This document shows positions 36,932 through 46,770 of a stretch of 64,000 bases of DNA, piece by piece. How positions within the stretch are numbered: position 1 is the first letter of the stretch; the number at the start of each line of letters is the position of its first letter. Source of the DNA: an uncultured virus (IMG/VR IMGVR_UViG_3300027969_000081) (lineage: Duplodnaviria; Heunggongvirae; Uroviricota; Caudoviricetes). The position numbers and the translations under genes were made by a program. The notes below the pieces were generated by a model. It was not told where the DNA came from, made no database searches, and saw only the letters and a program-made list of their open reading frames with translations. The stretch lies in the IMG/VR virus record IMGVR_UViG_3300027969_000081; one strand, 5' to 3'.

Positions 36932-38272
36932 ATGTATACTAACCTTGCAACAAAGTTATTTTTAAACGGAAAAGATTCACATGCAGAGAACTCACCTCTG
37001 GAAGATGGGATGATTTTTGTAAAGTATGCATGGGAAGTTAAAATAACTGGCGATGGAGAATCAGGACTGGCAAGTGCACCTCCAATGGTTGCCAAGACAT
37101 GTGATTTACCAAAATGGCAAATTGATACCCAATTGGTAAATGTGTACAATCATAAGACTATTGTACAAACAAAAATGACATATGATCCGTTGACCATGAC
37201 TTTTTATGATCAAGCGGGCGGGGAAGCAGAAGCATTAATAATGAATTTTATTAAGGCTCAATTTGATTCCACAGATGCAAGTAAAGCACCAACACAAAGT
37301 CCATTAACTATTGAGATTAAAATGAAAAATCTCAGTGGTCCTGGCGCAACTGATAAAGTTTATACATTAAACAATGCTTACATCACTGATGTTCAACATG
37401 ATACATTAGATTATTCAGCAAGCGATGCGGTTATGTGGACTATTACTGTTCGTTATGAAGATTTAGTAACTGCTGGATTTGATACACCACCACCTAAGGT
37501 AGGAACTGGTATTGCGTCAAAGCCAAAACCACCAAAGCCAAAACCACCTGTTACAGTAACTCCAGTGGTTAAACCACCTCCTGCTGATGCAGTTAATAAC
37601 GAAATACCCTACGGTAATCCAATGGGCGATAATATTGGTGGAGGTTACGATGGACAAGGGTTAGGTATAGGTGATGCAATTATGTCTAATAGGAATAATG
37701 CTCCTGTAAAATCTACCCCAGCTAAAGAATGGCCAACTCCCGCAGTTACTGGAAACAGTACATATCCTGCAAATGCAAGTGCTCCAGTTGCGGCCCGTCC
37801 AACAGAAGGATGGAAAGCTCAGCAGGTGTGGGATTCAAAATATGCAAGTGGATGGAATGCCGACGGTTCGTCAAAGATTGGAACAGCGGCAACACCAAGC
37901 ACCGGAGCTCCAACAGCAAATACGCCAAAGACATTGCCTGACAGTTATACAAATTCTCCTTCGGGATTTAACCCAGAGTGGCAAAAAGCCAGGGATGATT
38001 ATTTGAAAGCACATCCACCGTTGACCAATTCTCCACAATCAAAACTGGCAGCAGAGCATGTTGCGGATGCGGCAGCACTAAGAGTTGCACCTAGATATGC
38101 CGCTCAAACAAGAACTGTACAATCAGACGGCACCATCGTAGATCGTGCAAATCTTTCACCAGGTGGAATGAATTCGACCACGACATCACAGGGGCAGTCA
38201 ATTGCCAACACACAGGCACAGCGTGAGCAATTGGCTCAACAACAAAAAGCAGGTCGAGGCAAAGATTATTAA
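36932..38272 (+). CDS. Tail-tube paralogue (gp19/gp54-like) with long Pro-rich C-terminal extension
   Basis: K.CDLPK...N.YN.K...QTK..YDP..MTFYD, HDTLDYS, ITVRYE; then low-complexity tail. Confidence 0.7.
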   Translation: MYTNLATKLFLNGKDSHAENSPLEDGMIFVKYAWEVKITGDGESGLASAPPMVAKTCDLPKWQIDTQLVNVYNHKTIVQTKMTYDPLTMTFYDQAGGEAEALIMNFIKAQFDSTDASKAPTQSPLTIEIKMKNLSGPGATDKVYTLNNAYITDVQHDTLDYSASDAVMWTITVRYEDLVTAGFDTPPPKVGTGIASKPKPPKPKPPVTVTPVVKPPPADAVNNEIPYGNPMGDNIGGGYDGQGLGIGDAIMSNRNNAPVKSTPAKEWPTPAVTGNSTYPANASAPVAARPTEGWKAQQVWDSKYASGWNADGSSKIGTAATPSTGAPTANTPKTLPDSYTNSPSGFNPEWQKARDDYLKAHPPLTNSPQSKLAAEHVADAAALRVAPRYAAQTRTVQSDGTIVDRANLSPGGMNSTTTSQGQSIANTQAQREQLAQQQKAGRGKDY

Positions 38273-38274
38273 TT

Positions 38275-38562
38275 ATGGCATATAAAGTAATTCCCCAAAT
38301 TGAGTTTGACAAAGCAGTACAGCAGGTACTAATAACCGGTATAGCTAGAACTCCAGCTGAGAATATTGTTATTGCTTTTTGGAAAGCCAGCATTGACTTA
38401 AACAAGAATTTTAAAATTCTAATAGAAAAAGCAACAGCATCAGGTAAGCTTAATGTTGATCAGGACGTACTAGATCATATCAATACTACGTTACCTAATA
38501 CAATCTCTTATCATGTAAAAACATTAACAACTGTTCCTCCTATTGCTAGACGTGAATTATAA
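38275..38562 (+). CDS. Hypothetical protein
   Basis: 95-aa ORF tightly packed in the operon. Confidence 0.6.
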   Translation: MAYKVIPQIEFDKAVQQVLITGIARTPAENIVIAFWKASIDLNKNFKILIEKATASGKLNVDQDVLDHINTTLPNTISYHVKTLTTVPPIARREL

Positions 38563-39011
38563 TGGCAAACAACTATTCGCAAGGTTTTTACACAGTACTT
38601 CATCCTGAAAAATATGTAGGAAAAGGCGCCCCTAAATATCGCAGTGGATGGGAACTTACATTTATGAGATTCTGTGATAATCATCCAAGTGTGGTAAGCT
38701 GGGCAAGTGAAGGCGTAAGAATTCCTTATCGTAATCCTTTTACTGGTAAAGATACTTTTTATGTGCCTGACTTTTTTGTAACATATCAAGTTAACGGTGT
38801 CAGGAGAGCAGAGCTAATCGAAATTAAACCCAAAGCACAGGCAGTTATGGAACTGGCTCGAAGTCAACAAGAAAAAGCCGCTGTGGCACTTAATATGTGT
38901 AAATGGGCCGCAGCCAAAATTTGGTGTAAACGAATGGGTGCAACTTTTCGCATTTTAACTGAAGAAGACATCTTTAATAACACCAATCCGACACGTAAAC
39001 GACGCAAATAG
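38562..39011 (+). CDS. gp4: Head completion nuclease, T4 gp4-like (TnsA-type)
   Basis: PEKYVG, YRSGWE..FM.FCD, WASE...IPY, YVPDF, IEIKP, ILTE. Confidence 0.9.
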   Translation: MANNYSQGFYTVLHPEKYVGKGAPKYRSGWELTFMRFCDNHPSVVSWASEGVRIPYRNPFTGKDTFYVPDFFVTYQVNGVRRAELIEIKPKAQAVMELARSQQEKAAVALNMCKWAAAKIWCKRMGATFRILTEEDIFNNTNPTRKRRK

Positions 39012-39025
39012 TCATAAGTAAATAC

Positions 39026-39535
39026 ATGACTAAGAAATTAGAGGAAGTCTTTGGTTTTCCGCCTATTGAGGAAATTACAGCTTCCGTTGACACACAAGAA
39101 GATATTCAGATTCCCGTAGAAATACAGGAAGAGTTAACCATGGCTAACGCTACTATTGACATGGCAAATCGTGTCGATATTGCATTGCCAACTGTTACCG
39201 ACATGGCAAGTGCAGAGCGTGAATTAGACAAGTTAGCAAATACAGCGCAAGAACAAAGCGAGCGTTTGATGGACTTGGGATTTAACGTTGATGATAGAAA
39301 TGCAGGTAAAATTTTTGAAGTTGCCGCACAGTTATTAAAAACTGCGGTAGATGCCAAAACAGCCAAGCTTGATAAAAAGCTAAAAATGGTTGAATTGCAA
39401 CTTAGAAAAGCCAGGCTTGATAAGGATGCAGTTAACGATTCAAGCAATGTTATAGATGCAACTGAATCTGGTATTACTGGCAACAGAAATGATATACTCA
39501 AAGCTATCCTGAATAGTGTGGGTCAGAATAAATAA
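39026..39535 (+). CDS. Putative terminase small subunit
   Basis: Helical; IFEVAAQLLK and GNRNDIL motifs resemble gp16-like proteins; upstream of terL. Confidence 0.55.
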   Translation: MTKKLEEVFGFPPIEEITASVDTQEDIQIPVEIQEELTMANATIDMANRVDIALPTVTDMASAERELDKLANTAQEQSERLMDLGFNVDDRNAGKIFEVAAQLLKTAVDAKTAKLDKKLKMVELQLRKARLDKDAVNDSSNVIDATESGITGNRNDILKAILNSVGQNK

Positions 39536-39556
39536 GTCATATGAGAGGATTTAATC

Positions 39557-40186
39557 ATGCCCACTTTATTAGAATATATTAATCAATTACAACAAGAACA
39601 TCGCTATCGCATTAAGATGGCATTTTCACCAACTGAGCGTCAACTTGAAAGCCTAGAGCGTCATATGAAAAAATATGATGCCCTTGAAGTTGGTCGTCCA
39701 GAAAAACTAATGTTACAAGCACAACCAATGGATTTCCCGCAATTGGGCGGCCATGAAATTGTTATTGTTGATGTTGTTACACGTTTACCAGTTAGTACTC
39801 CAATGCTAGAAGCTGAACTTCGTTCTTTGCTATTTGTGACTGAAAGTGTTTTAAAGGTGTTTGGAAGAGACACACCATTGGAGCAACAAATTGAAGACGA
39901 CAAAGAGCCAAATACAGAAGCAAAGCTAGGAACAGAATACACTGAAAACGAAGCTAATCCAGTAAAGGCAGATGATGCCGCTGGTGACAAGTATGTGCAA
40001 AACATTTTAAAAGATTTAGATAAAAGCCGCGCCGACGCAAAAGCTAATATTGTTAAATCTGCAACTAAGTCTGATGCTAAAATGAGCGACCCTACATGGG
40101 AAGTTCCAGCTGATGGCAAAACAAGTCCAGTTGGAACCAAACAACAAAAGGTTCCTTATCCAACAAAGACAGGAGCCAAAAAATGA
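39557..40186 (+). CDS. Hypothetical virion/head protein
   Basis: Late motif TAAATA 39529-39534 and SD GAGGA. Confidence 0.6.
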   Translation: MPTLLEYINQLQQEHRYRIKMAFSPTERQLESLERHMKKYDALEVGRPEKLMLQAQPMDFPQLGGHEIVIVDVVTRLPVSTPMLEAELRSLLFVTESVLKVFGRDTPLEQQIEDDKEPNTEAKLGTEYTENEANPVKADDAAGDKYVQNILKDLDKSRADAKANIVKSATKSDAKMSDPTWEVPADGKTSPVGTKQQKVPYPTKTGAKK

Positions 40187-41541
40187 AAAACAAAAAATTA
40201 AATGAAGGTATTCGAATTGCCAAAGAGGGCATCGACGAATGCTGGGATGACATGGACACCATGAATCAAACCACACAATCTGGCGAACCAATGACAGTTA
40301 CATTGTCAATGCCAGGCAAGAATATCAGTGTTACCACTGACAGCGCCGATGAAATTGCAAACGTATTACGTTTAGCAGGCATTGAAGTTGGTAATGCTAC
40401 AAGTGTGCCAGGAGACGTTGACGGTGATGGCGACCATGATATTCATGATCACGAAGCTGAAGTAGCTTATGTTGGAGTAGGGTCAGAATCTGAGCCTAGC
40501 GTACCCGAACAGGCAGAAGAAGAACAAACTGAAGAAGCTGTTCAAACTCCTGCTACATGGACTGACAAACAAGGTAACACACATCCTGCTACTCGTGTCC
40601 AGGGTGACCGTTACGGTAATCAAGAAGAAAAAGAAAAAGACAAAGAAGTTGACGAAGGTAACGAGTTCTCTGGTGCCAGAGCCGAAGCAATTCGTAACGG
40701 TAAAGATACATTTACCGTTGACGGCAAAACATATGACGTCATTGAGGAAAATGAAACCGAAGAGGACAACGAAGATTACTATTCATTGCCTATGCCAAAC
40801 GGAGACCGCGAAGACAAAGAAGTTGACGAAGCTATTAATACAGGTGCTTCTTTAAAAAGATTTAAAGACGATCCTAGAGGTAATGAAAAATTACCAGCAA
40901 AAGAAGTTGATGAAAGTGCAATGACTGAAGACGACCATCCAGCAGTAGGCGCAATTACTAATCGCATTATTCGCCAACATCCAGATCTATTAGCAAAATT
41001 TGGTCCAGTTAAAGTAATGGCAGCTATTGATAGTCTTGCTTCACACTTAGATGAGTTAGATGAAATTGGAACCAGTGATGTTAGTATATGGGTAAAGCGT
41101 GTAATTGAAGAATTAGAAGCTGGTGATTTTGATCATGTCGATGAAGCAACTCAAACCAATAAACCATGGACTGATATGAGTGGTAAGCAACAACCGGGTA
41201 CCGCTGTTAAAGGTAAGAGCTATGGTAATCAAGAAGAAGAAAAAGACAATAAGGATAAAGAAATGGATGAATCAGCTAGAATCATTGCATTGTCTGGGGT
41301 AAACGAATGGGCAAATAGCCCAGAAGGTAAAGCCAAAGACAAAGGTACTGTGAGTAACAGTTTACCATCAGCTAAAGGTACAGGCAAAGGAAGTCCAGAC
41401 TTTGGTGCAAATCGTGCCAACGGCCAAGGTGAAAATCCAATGGGCGATGGTTCGCACACAGTTAGTGTTGAAGAGCAGTTTGAAAGTGCAATGGGTGAAT
41501 ATCGCAAGTTTGTTGCAGAAAACATTGCTCGTAAAAAGTAA
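40183..41541 (+). CDS. Acidic modular protein, probable internal head/core protein
   Basis: Repeated VDE/MDE junctions; duplicated WTD..G...P.T.V.G..YGNQEE module. Confidence 0.6.
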   Translation: MKNKKLNEGIRIAKEGIDECWDDMDTMNQTTQSGEPMTVTLSMPGKNISVTTDSADEIANVLRLAGIEVGNATSVPGDVDGDGDHDIHDHEAEVAYVGVGSESEPSVPEQAEEEQTEEAVQTPATWTDKQGNTHPATRVQGDRYGNQEEKEKDKEVDEGNEFSGARAEAIRNGKDTFTVDGKTYDVIEENETEEDNEDYYSLPMPNGDREDKEVDEAINTGASLKRFKDDPRGNEKLPAKEVDESAMTEDDHPAVGAITNRIIRQHPDLLAKFGPVKVMAAIDSLASHLDELDEIGTSDVSIWVKRVIEELEAGDFDHVDEATQTNKPWTDMSGKQQPGTAVKGKSYGNQEEEKDNKDKEMDESARIIALSGVNEWANSPEGKAKDKGTVSNSLPSAKGTGKGSPDFGANRANGQGENPMGDGSHTVSVEEQFESAMGEYRKFVAENIARKK

Positions 41542-41554
41542 ATAGGAGCCCTTT

Positions 41555-43105
41555 GTGGCTATTGAAAATACTTTTGTAAAATCACCATTTCGGGTAGAAA
41601 AGTTCACGGACGATAATGTCCGTGAACTTGCCATTTGTGCTCACGATCCTGTTTACTTCATTGACAACTATTGCTGGGTCCAACATCCAACCAAGGGTAA
41701 AGTTAAATTTAAGTTATTTGATTATCAAATTGATTTAATTAACTGTTATCACAATAATCGTTACAGTATCAACATGCTGGGACGACAAATGGGTAAGACA
41801 GCGTGTGCGGCAGCTTACTTGGTATGGCGAGCAATGTTTATGCCTGATCAAACAATTCTTATTGCCGCGCACAAGTTTGCCGGTGCTCAGGAAATTATGC
41901 AACGTGTTCGTTACACATACGAAACACTTCCTGAATTTTTAAAAGCAGGTGCTACAAGTTATAACAAAGGTAGCATTGACTTTGACAACGGCTCTCGCAT
42001 TATTTCAACTACAACAACAGAAACAACTGCTCGTGGTATGTCATTGTCATTGATCTACTGTGACGAGTTTGCATTCGTTAAACCACGTATTGCTAGTGAG
42101 TTTTGGACTTCTATCAGTCCTACACTATCAACTGGTGGTAAGTGTATTATTACTAGTACACCTAACCAAGACGATGACCAGTTTGCACGTATTTGGAAAG
42201 ACGCTACCAAGAACATTGACGAATACGGTAATCCGCAAAAGCTAGGACGCAATGGATTTGCAAGCATTAAATTTATTTGGAGTTCTCATCCTGACCGTGA
42301 TGACACTTGGGCACAAACAGAACGCATTAAGATTGGCGAAGAGCGTTTCCTACGTGAACACGAATGTGAATTTGTTATTGCTGACGAAACACTAGTTAAC
42401 TCAATGAAGTTGATTACTATGGAAAGCAAAGATCCAAATGGAAAAATGGGTCAGGTTAGAATTTACAAATATCCACAACGAGGGTCTACCTATGTGGTTG
42501 GATGGGACCCAAGTTTGGGAACAGGTGGAGACCCATCAGCTATACAGGTATTTAGATTGCCTGACCTAGAGCAAGTTGCTGAATGGCAACACAATAAAAC
42601 TGATATACAAGGACAATTACGAACTCTTGTTTCTATTTTAAAGTGGCTCGAAGATGAAACAGGTAGTGCCAGTGAATTATACTGGTCTGTAGAAAATAAC
42701 ACAATTGGTGAAGCGGCACTAATTAGTATACGAGAATTTGGTGAAGAACGTATACCAGGAACGTTTGTACAAGAAATCAGACGTACAGGACAAAGTCGTG
42801 GACGCAGGGGCTTTAATACCAGTCATAAGACAAAAATTACAGCATGTATGCGCCTTAAGAACTATGTAGAAAGTGATAAAATGACAATCTACAGTCATAA
42901 CTTGTTACGTGAGCTAAAGAACTTTATTGCACGTGGTGCAAGCTTTGCAGCCAAAGACGGCGAAACTGACGATTTAGTAATGGCAACAATACTTGTACTT
43001 CGAGTAGTTGAAGTAGTTATGACATGGGATACCAAAACGTATGATAGGTTAATTAGCGCAGAAGTCAATGAAGTCCTCAAGCCCATGCCTATTGGCTTCT
43101 TTTAA
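41555..43105 (+). CDS. gp17: Terminase large subunit, T4 gp17-like
   Basis: RQMGKT, YCDEFAF, ITSTPN, GWDPS, VENN, DDLVMA; GTG start with GGAG. Confidence 0.95.
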   Translation: MAIENTFVKSPFRVEKFTDDNVRELAICAHDPVYFIDNYCWVQHPTKGKVKFKLFDYQIDLINCYHNNRYSINMLGRQMGKTACAAAYLVWRAMFMPDQTILIAAHKFAGAQEIMQRVRYTYETLPEFLKAGATSYNKGSIDFDNGSRIISTTTTETTARGMSLSLIYCDEFAFVKPRIASEFWTSISPTLSTGGKCIITSTPNQDDDQFARIWKDATKNIDEYGNPQKLGRNGFASIKFIWSSHPDRDDTWAQTERIKIGEERFLREHECEFVIADETLVNSMKLITMESKDPNGKMGQVRIYKYPQRGSTYVVGWDPSLGTGGDPSAIQVFRLPDLEQVAEWQHNKTDIQGQLRTLVSILKWLEDETGSASELYWSVENNTIGEAALISIREFGEERIPGTFVQEIRRTGQSRGRRGFNTSHKTKITACMRLKNYVESDKMTIYSHNLLRELKNFIARGASFAAKDGETDDLVMATILVLRVVEVVMTWDTKTYDRLISAEVNEVLKPMPIGFF

Positions 43106-43117
43106 CTAAATATAACT

Positions 43118-43969
43118 ATGAGCACATTAGAAGAACTATCTAAAGAAATTGCCGCATCTATCGCAGGGTTAAGTCACGACGCTAACTTTAAAACAGTTGA
43201 TGGAGAAGACACATTAGATCATGAAACTGCAATTTATCAGTACTTGCCAAAACAAAATGTAATGGTCATGATTAATGCTGAAAACCAAGATGTAGAAATT
43301 TGGTATGATCCGCAAAAAACAAATAAGGATTGGTTTGAGAAATCTTTTAAATCTAGGATTAACAATATTGCTCGTCGATATCTATTTGGTACAACTGTGC
43401 GTAGTTATGCAGGTGATATTGAACCAAAAAATATGGTTCATAGAACAGATTACGAGCTAAAAGAAAGTCGTAATACTACAAAGACTAGCTACCATCCATT
43501 GGGCGGCACCAAAATTATTCTGCGTCATACCAAGCCAGTTACTGAAGAAAAGCCAGGGTCTCGTAGTCGTAACATTGGTTCATTGTTTATTGAACATGCA
43601 GGAGAAAGATTTCGCTTTCCTTATAACCACTTGCTAGGTGCTAGAGTAATGGCGTTACATGTGGAATCTGGTGGCAAACCGTGGGATGAAAACGGAGAGA
43701 AGATTTTAGAAATTAGCAGACGTCGTAAAGATGTTATGGAATTACTTCGCTGGAGCAGACGTTTAGAAGAAACTGAACAAGTAACCGAAATTCGTACTCG
43801 CGGCAAAAGCGAAGTAATTATGCTTAAACGTATGATGGAACGTGCGGCCCGCACAGGAGATCTAAGTAGCATTACATCATATATTCCATCTAAGGACGTT
43901 ACCAACCAAACCATGGTAAGCGAGGCAGTGGCCAATTTAAGCACAGCGTTAGATCATCTATTAGATTAA
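43118..43969 (+). CDS. Hypothetical protein (late)
   Basis: 283-aa ORF; TAAATA 5 nt before ATG. Confidence 0.65.
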   Translation: MSTLEELSKEIAASIAGLSHDANFKTVDGEDTLDHETAIYQYLPKQNVMVMINAENQDVEIWYDPQKTNKDWFEKSFKSRINNIARRYLFGTTVRSYAGDIEPKNMVHRTDYELKESRNTTKTSYHPLGGTKIILRHTKPVTEEKPGSRSRNIGSLFIEHAGERFRFPYNHLLGARVMALHVESGGKPWDENGEKILEISRRRKDVMELLRWSRRLEETEQVTEIRTRGKSEVIMLKRMMERAARTGDLSSITSYIPSKDVTNQTMVSEAVANLSTALDHLLD

Positions 43970-43989
43970 TCAATCTTGTCAACTGCTAC

Positions 43990-44013
43990 AAAGGTTCCAT
44001 CTTGGAACCTTTT
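43990..44013 (+). terminator. Intrinsic terminator
   Basis: AAAGGTTCCA-TCT-TGGAACCTTT plus T tract. Confidence 0.75.
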
Positions 44014-44014
44014 C

Positions 44015-44117
44015 ATTTGTCCAGATCTGGACAAATTAATCTATTTTGGCTATTGCTTTTTACCTGCAGGTATAAGTATAATACAACACATGCAAAGACA
44101 ATCTAAGCATGTGTTGT
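44015..44117 (+). promoter_or_regulatory. gp32 control region: 22-bp palindrome, composite sigma70/late promoter and 5' hairpin
   Basis: ATTTGTCCAGATCTGGACAAAT; TTGCTT-18-TATAAT with overlapping TAAGTA; stem ACAACACATGC/GCATGTGTTGT. Confidence 0.65.
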
Positions 44118-44172
44118 TTGGCTCACCAGAGACTAAAACACTAACATTGGCTAATACAAAGGAAAATTTATT

Positions 44173-45165
44173 ATGGCTTCTTTAGCAGAAATTCGCGCTC
44201 GCTTAGCCGAGCAAGCACAAAAATCAGGTGGCACTAATGCTACCGGCACCGGTGATAATGCAATCTTTGCACACTGGAACATCCCAGAAGGTTCATCAGC
44301 AACAGTTCGTTTCTTACCAGATAGCGACGATACTAATACATTCTTTTGGCGTGAACGTCAGATGATTCGTATTCCATTCGCAGGCGTCAAAGGTCAAGAT
44401 GAAAACAAGAAAGTTGTTGTTCAAGTACCTTGCATTGAAATGTGGGGAGAGACATGTCCAGTACATGCAACTATCCGTCCTTGGTTCAAAGACCCAAACA
44501 TGGAATCACTAGGTCGCACCTATTGGAAGAAGCGTAGTTACGTATTCCAAGGCTTTGTTGTCAACAGTCCAGTTGACGAGCAAAGTCTTCCTGAGAATCC
44601 AGTGCGTCGCTTTATCATCAGCCCACAGATCTTTACCCTGATCAAACAAGCACTGATGGATCCAGAAATGGAAGAGTTGCCAACCGACTATCAACGTGGT
44701 ACAGATTTCCGTATCAACAAAACACAAAAAGGTGGCTATGCTGACTACTCTACAAGTGGTTGGGCACGTAAGGAACGTGGCTTAAATGAAACAGAATTGC
44801 AAGCAATTGCTACACATGGTTTGTTTAACTTAAACGACTTTATGCCTAAGCGTCCTGGCATCGACGAAACTCGTGCTATTATGGAAATGTTTGAGGCTTC
44901 AGTTGCTGGCGAACTATACGATGCAGATCGTTGGGGCAAGATGTATCGTCCAAGTGGCGTACAAATCCAAGGCGCAACCGGCGCCGCGGCAGACGCAGAT
45001 GAAGATACTTTGTCTGTTAAGGCTGTAGCTCGTGCAAGCGCACCAGCACCAGCCCCTAAAGCAGAAGTTACTGCAACCGCAAGCGTTGCTGATACAGCTA
45101 CTCCAAGTGGTGAAAAGCCTAGCGTTGACGACATCTTGAAGATGATTCGTAACCGCCAGAAGTAA
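44173..45165 (+). CDS. gp32: Single-stranded DNA-binding protein, T4 gp32-like
   Basis: VRFLP, C...GETCPV, YWKKRSY, G.DF.I.K, GYADYS.S; VDDIL tail. Confidence 0.88.
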   Translation: MASLAEIRARLAEQAQKSGGTNATGTGDNAIFAHWNIPEGSSATVRFLPDSDDTNTFFWRERQMIRIPFAGVKGQDENKKVVVQVPCIEMWGETCPVHATIRPWFKDPNMESLGRTYWKKRSYVFQGFVVNSPVDEQSLPENPVRRFIISPQIFTLIKQALMDPEMEELPTDYQRGTDFRINKTQKGGYADYSTSGWARKERGLNETELQAIATHGLFNLNDFMPKRPGIDETRAIMEMFEASVAGELYDADRWGKMYRPSGVQIQGATGAAADADEDTLSVKAVARASAPAPAPKAEVTATASVADTATPSGEKPSVDDILKMIRNRQK

Positions 45166-45173
45166 TTTTCAAT

Positions 45174-45201
45174 AAGGGTGCGGAGTGAATTCGCACCCTT
45201 T
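45174..45201 (+). terminator. Hairpin/terminator after gp32
   Basis: AAGGGTGCG...CGCACCCTT. Confidence 0.65.
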
Positions 45202-45227
45202 CACTTCTCAACATTTTGGAGGCTAAT

Positions 45228-46322
45228 ATGGCAAAAGCATTTGACGTAAGTAAATTTAGAAAAAATATCACAAAAAGCATTGAAGGACTAAGCGTAGGCT
45301 TCAATGATCCAACCGACTGGGTATCTACAAATAACTATGCCCTAAACTATCTAATCAGTGGAGACTTTAGTAAAGGGATTCCTCTTGGTAAGGTAACAGT
45401 ATTTGCTGGCGAATCTGGCGCAGGAAAAAGTTTTATCTGTTCAGGTAACATTGTAGCAAACGCACAAAAGCAAGGCATTTTTCCAATCTTGATTGATACT
45501 GAAAATGCGCTTGACGAAGCATGGTTACATGCACTAGATGTTGATACCAGTCCTGACAAGTTGTTAAAACTTAACATGGCAATGATTGACGATGTGGCAA
45601 AAATGATTAGTGAGTTTGTTAAGGAATATAAAACATTGCCTGAAGGTGAACGTCCCAAGGTATTGTTTGTACTTGATTCATTAGGTATGTTGTTGACACC
45701 AACAGACGTTAATCAGTTCCAAGCAGGTGACATGAAAGGTGACATGGGTCGTAAGCCTAAAGCACTGACCGCATTAGTTCGCAATTGCGTAAACATGTTT
45801 GGTAGCTTAAACTTAGGGTTAGTTGCAACTAACCATACCTACGCAAGCCAAGACATGTTTGATCCGGATGACAAGATCTCCGGCGGACAAGGCTTTATCT
45901 ACGCTAGCTCTATTGTAGTTGCCATGCGTAAATTAAAGTTAAAGGAAGACGAAGACGGCAACAAGATTTCAGAAGTTAAAGGTATCCGTGCCGCATGTAA
46001 AATCATGAAGACACGTTACAACAAGCCTTTTGAAAGTGTGCAAATTAAAATTCCTTATGAAACAGGTATGAATCCCTACAGCGGCCTTACTGACTTAATC
46101 GAGGGTAAGCAAATGCTTAAAAAGGAAGGCAATAGTCTTGTTTACACCACAATTGATGGCGAACTCATCAAGAAATTCCGCAAAGGATGGGAACGCAATG
46201 ATGATGGATGCTTGGATAAAGTAATGGCAGACATTACTGCGAATCCTCATGTTGCACCGTCAACTCCATTAGGCGATGCCCCTGATGAGTTACTAGATGA
46301 ATCTGCAGAATTAGCAGAGTAA
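45228..46322 (+). CDS. uvsX: RecA-like recombinase UvsX
   Basis: AGESGAGKS, IDTENA, VLDSLG, NHTY, SGGQG. Confidence 0.93.
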   Translation: MAKAFDVSKFRKNITKSIEGLSVGFNDPTDWVSTNNYALNYLISGDFSKGIPLGKVTVFAGESGAGKSFICSGNIVANAQKQGIFPILIDTENALDEAWLHALDVDTSPDKLLKLNMAMIDDVAKMISEFVKEYKTLPEGERPKVLFVLDSLGMLLTPTDVNQFQAGDMKGDMGRKPKALTALVRNCVNMFGSLNLGLVATNHTYASQDMFDPDDKISGGQGFIYASSIVVAMRKLKLKEDEDGNKISEVKGIRAACKIMKTRYNKPFESVQIKIPYETGMNPYSGLTDLIEGKQMLKKEGNSLVYTTIDGELIKKFRKGWERNDDGCLDKVMADITANPHVAPSTPLGDAPDELLDESAELAE

Positions 46323-46323
46323 C

Positions 46324-46746
46324 ATGTCAACAGACCATGAACAATGGTTAAGGAAGCAGGGTGTAAAGATCACAGGTCGGCACACTCTGCGCCGCGCTTC
46401 TACTCCTAGTTTTATGAATTGGGCAAATGATCTAGAACATGATCGCATCGACTGGTCTGAACAATTCACCACAACAGAAGAACAAGTGTACCAGGTTGAA
46501 CTTGATGAACGCACAATTGGAAAGTTTGAACGTTTAGAATCAACTGTCCAGTACGCACTTGAGTATATGAATCGTAAACATGGAGGTCAAAGGCCTTCTG
46601 CCCCATCAAACGATGTTGCTGATTATTACTTTGACAACAAAGAACGTCATCTTAAATTACTACAAGAAAATTCAATGTACCGAGATGCATGGAAAGAGTT
46701 TCAGACCATTCGAGTCTTACTTGGCGAAACTTCCCATTGGCCTTGA
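46324..46746 (+). CDS. Hypothetical protein
   Basis: 140-aa ORF coupled to uvsX. Confidence 0.6.
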   Translation: MSTDHEQWLRKQGVKITGRHTLRRASTPSFMNWANDLEHDRIDWSEQFTTTEEQVYQVELDERTIGKFERLESTVQYALEYMNRKHGGQRPSAPSNDVADYYFDNKERHLKLLQENSMYRDAWKEFQTIRVLLGETSHWP

Positions 46747-46770
46747 TCAATTTTTCTGTTATACTGAATT

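Noticed and set aside
38562..39011. TnsA transposase indicating a Tn7-like element
   Set aside because: It matches the T4 gp4 head-completion family in a morphogenesis operon; no tnsB/C or terminal repeats
43976..44185. 69-aa ORF upstream of gp32
   Set aside because: It runs through a terminator, palindrome and promoter, and has a TTG start with no SD
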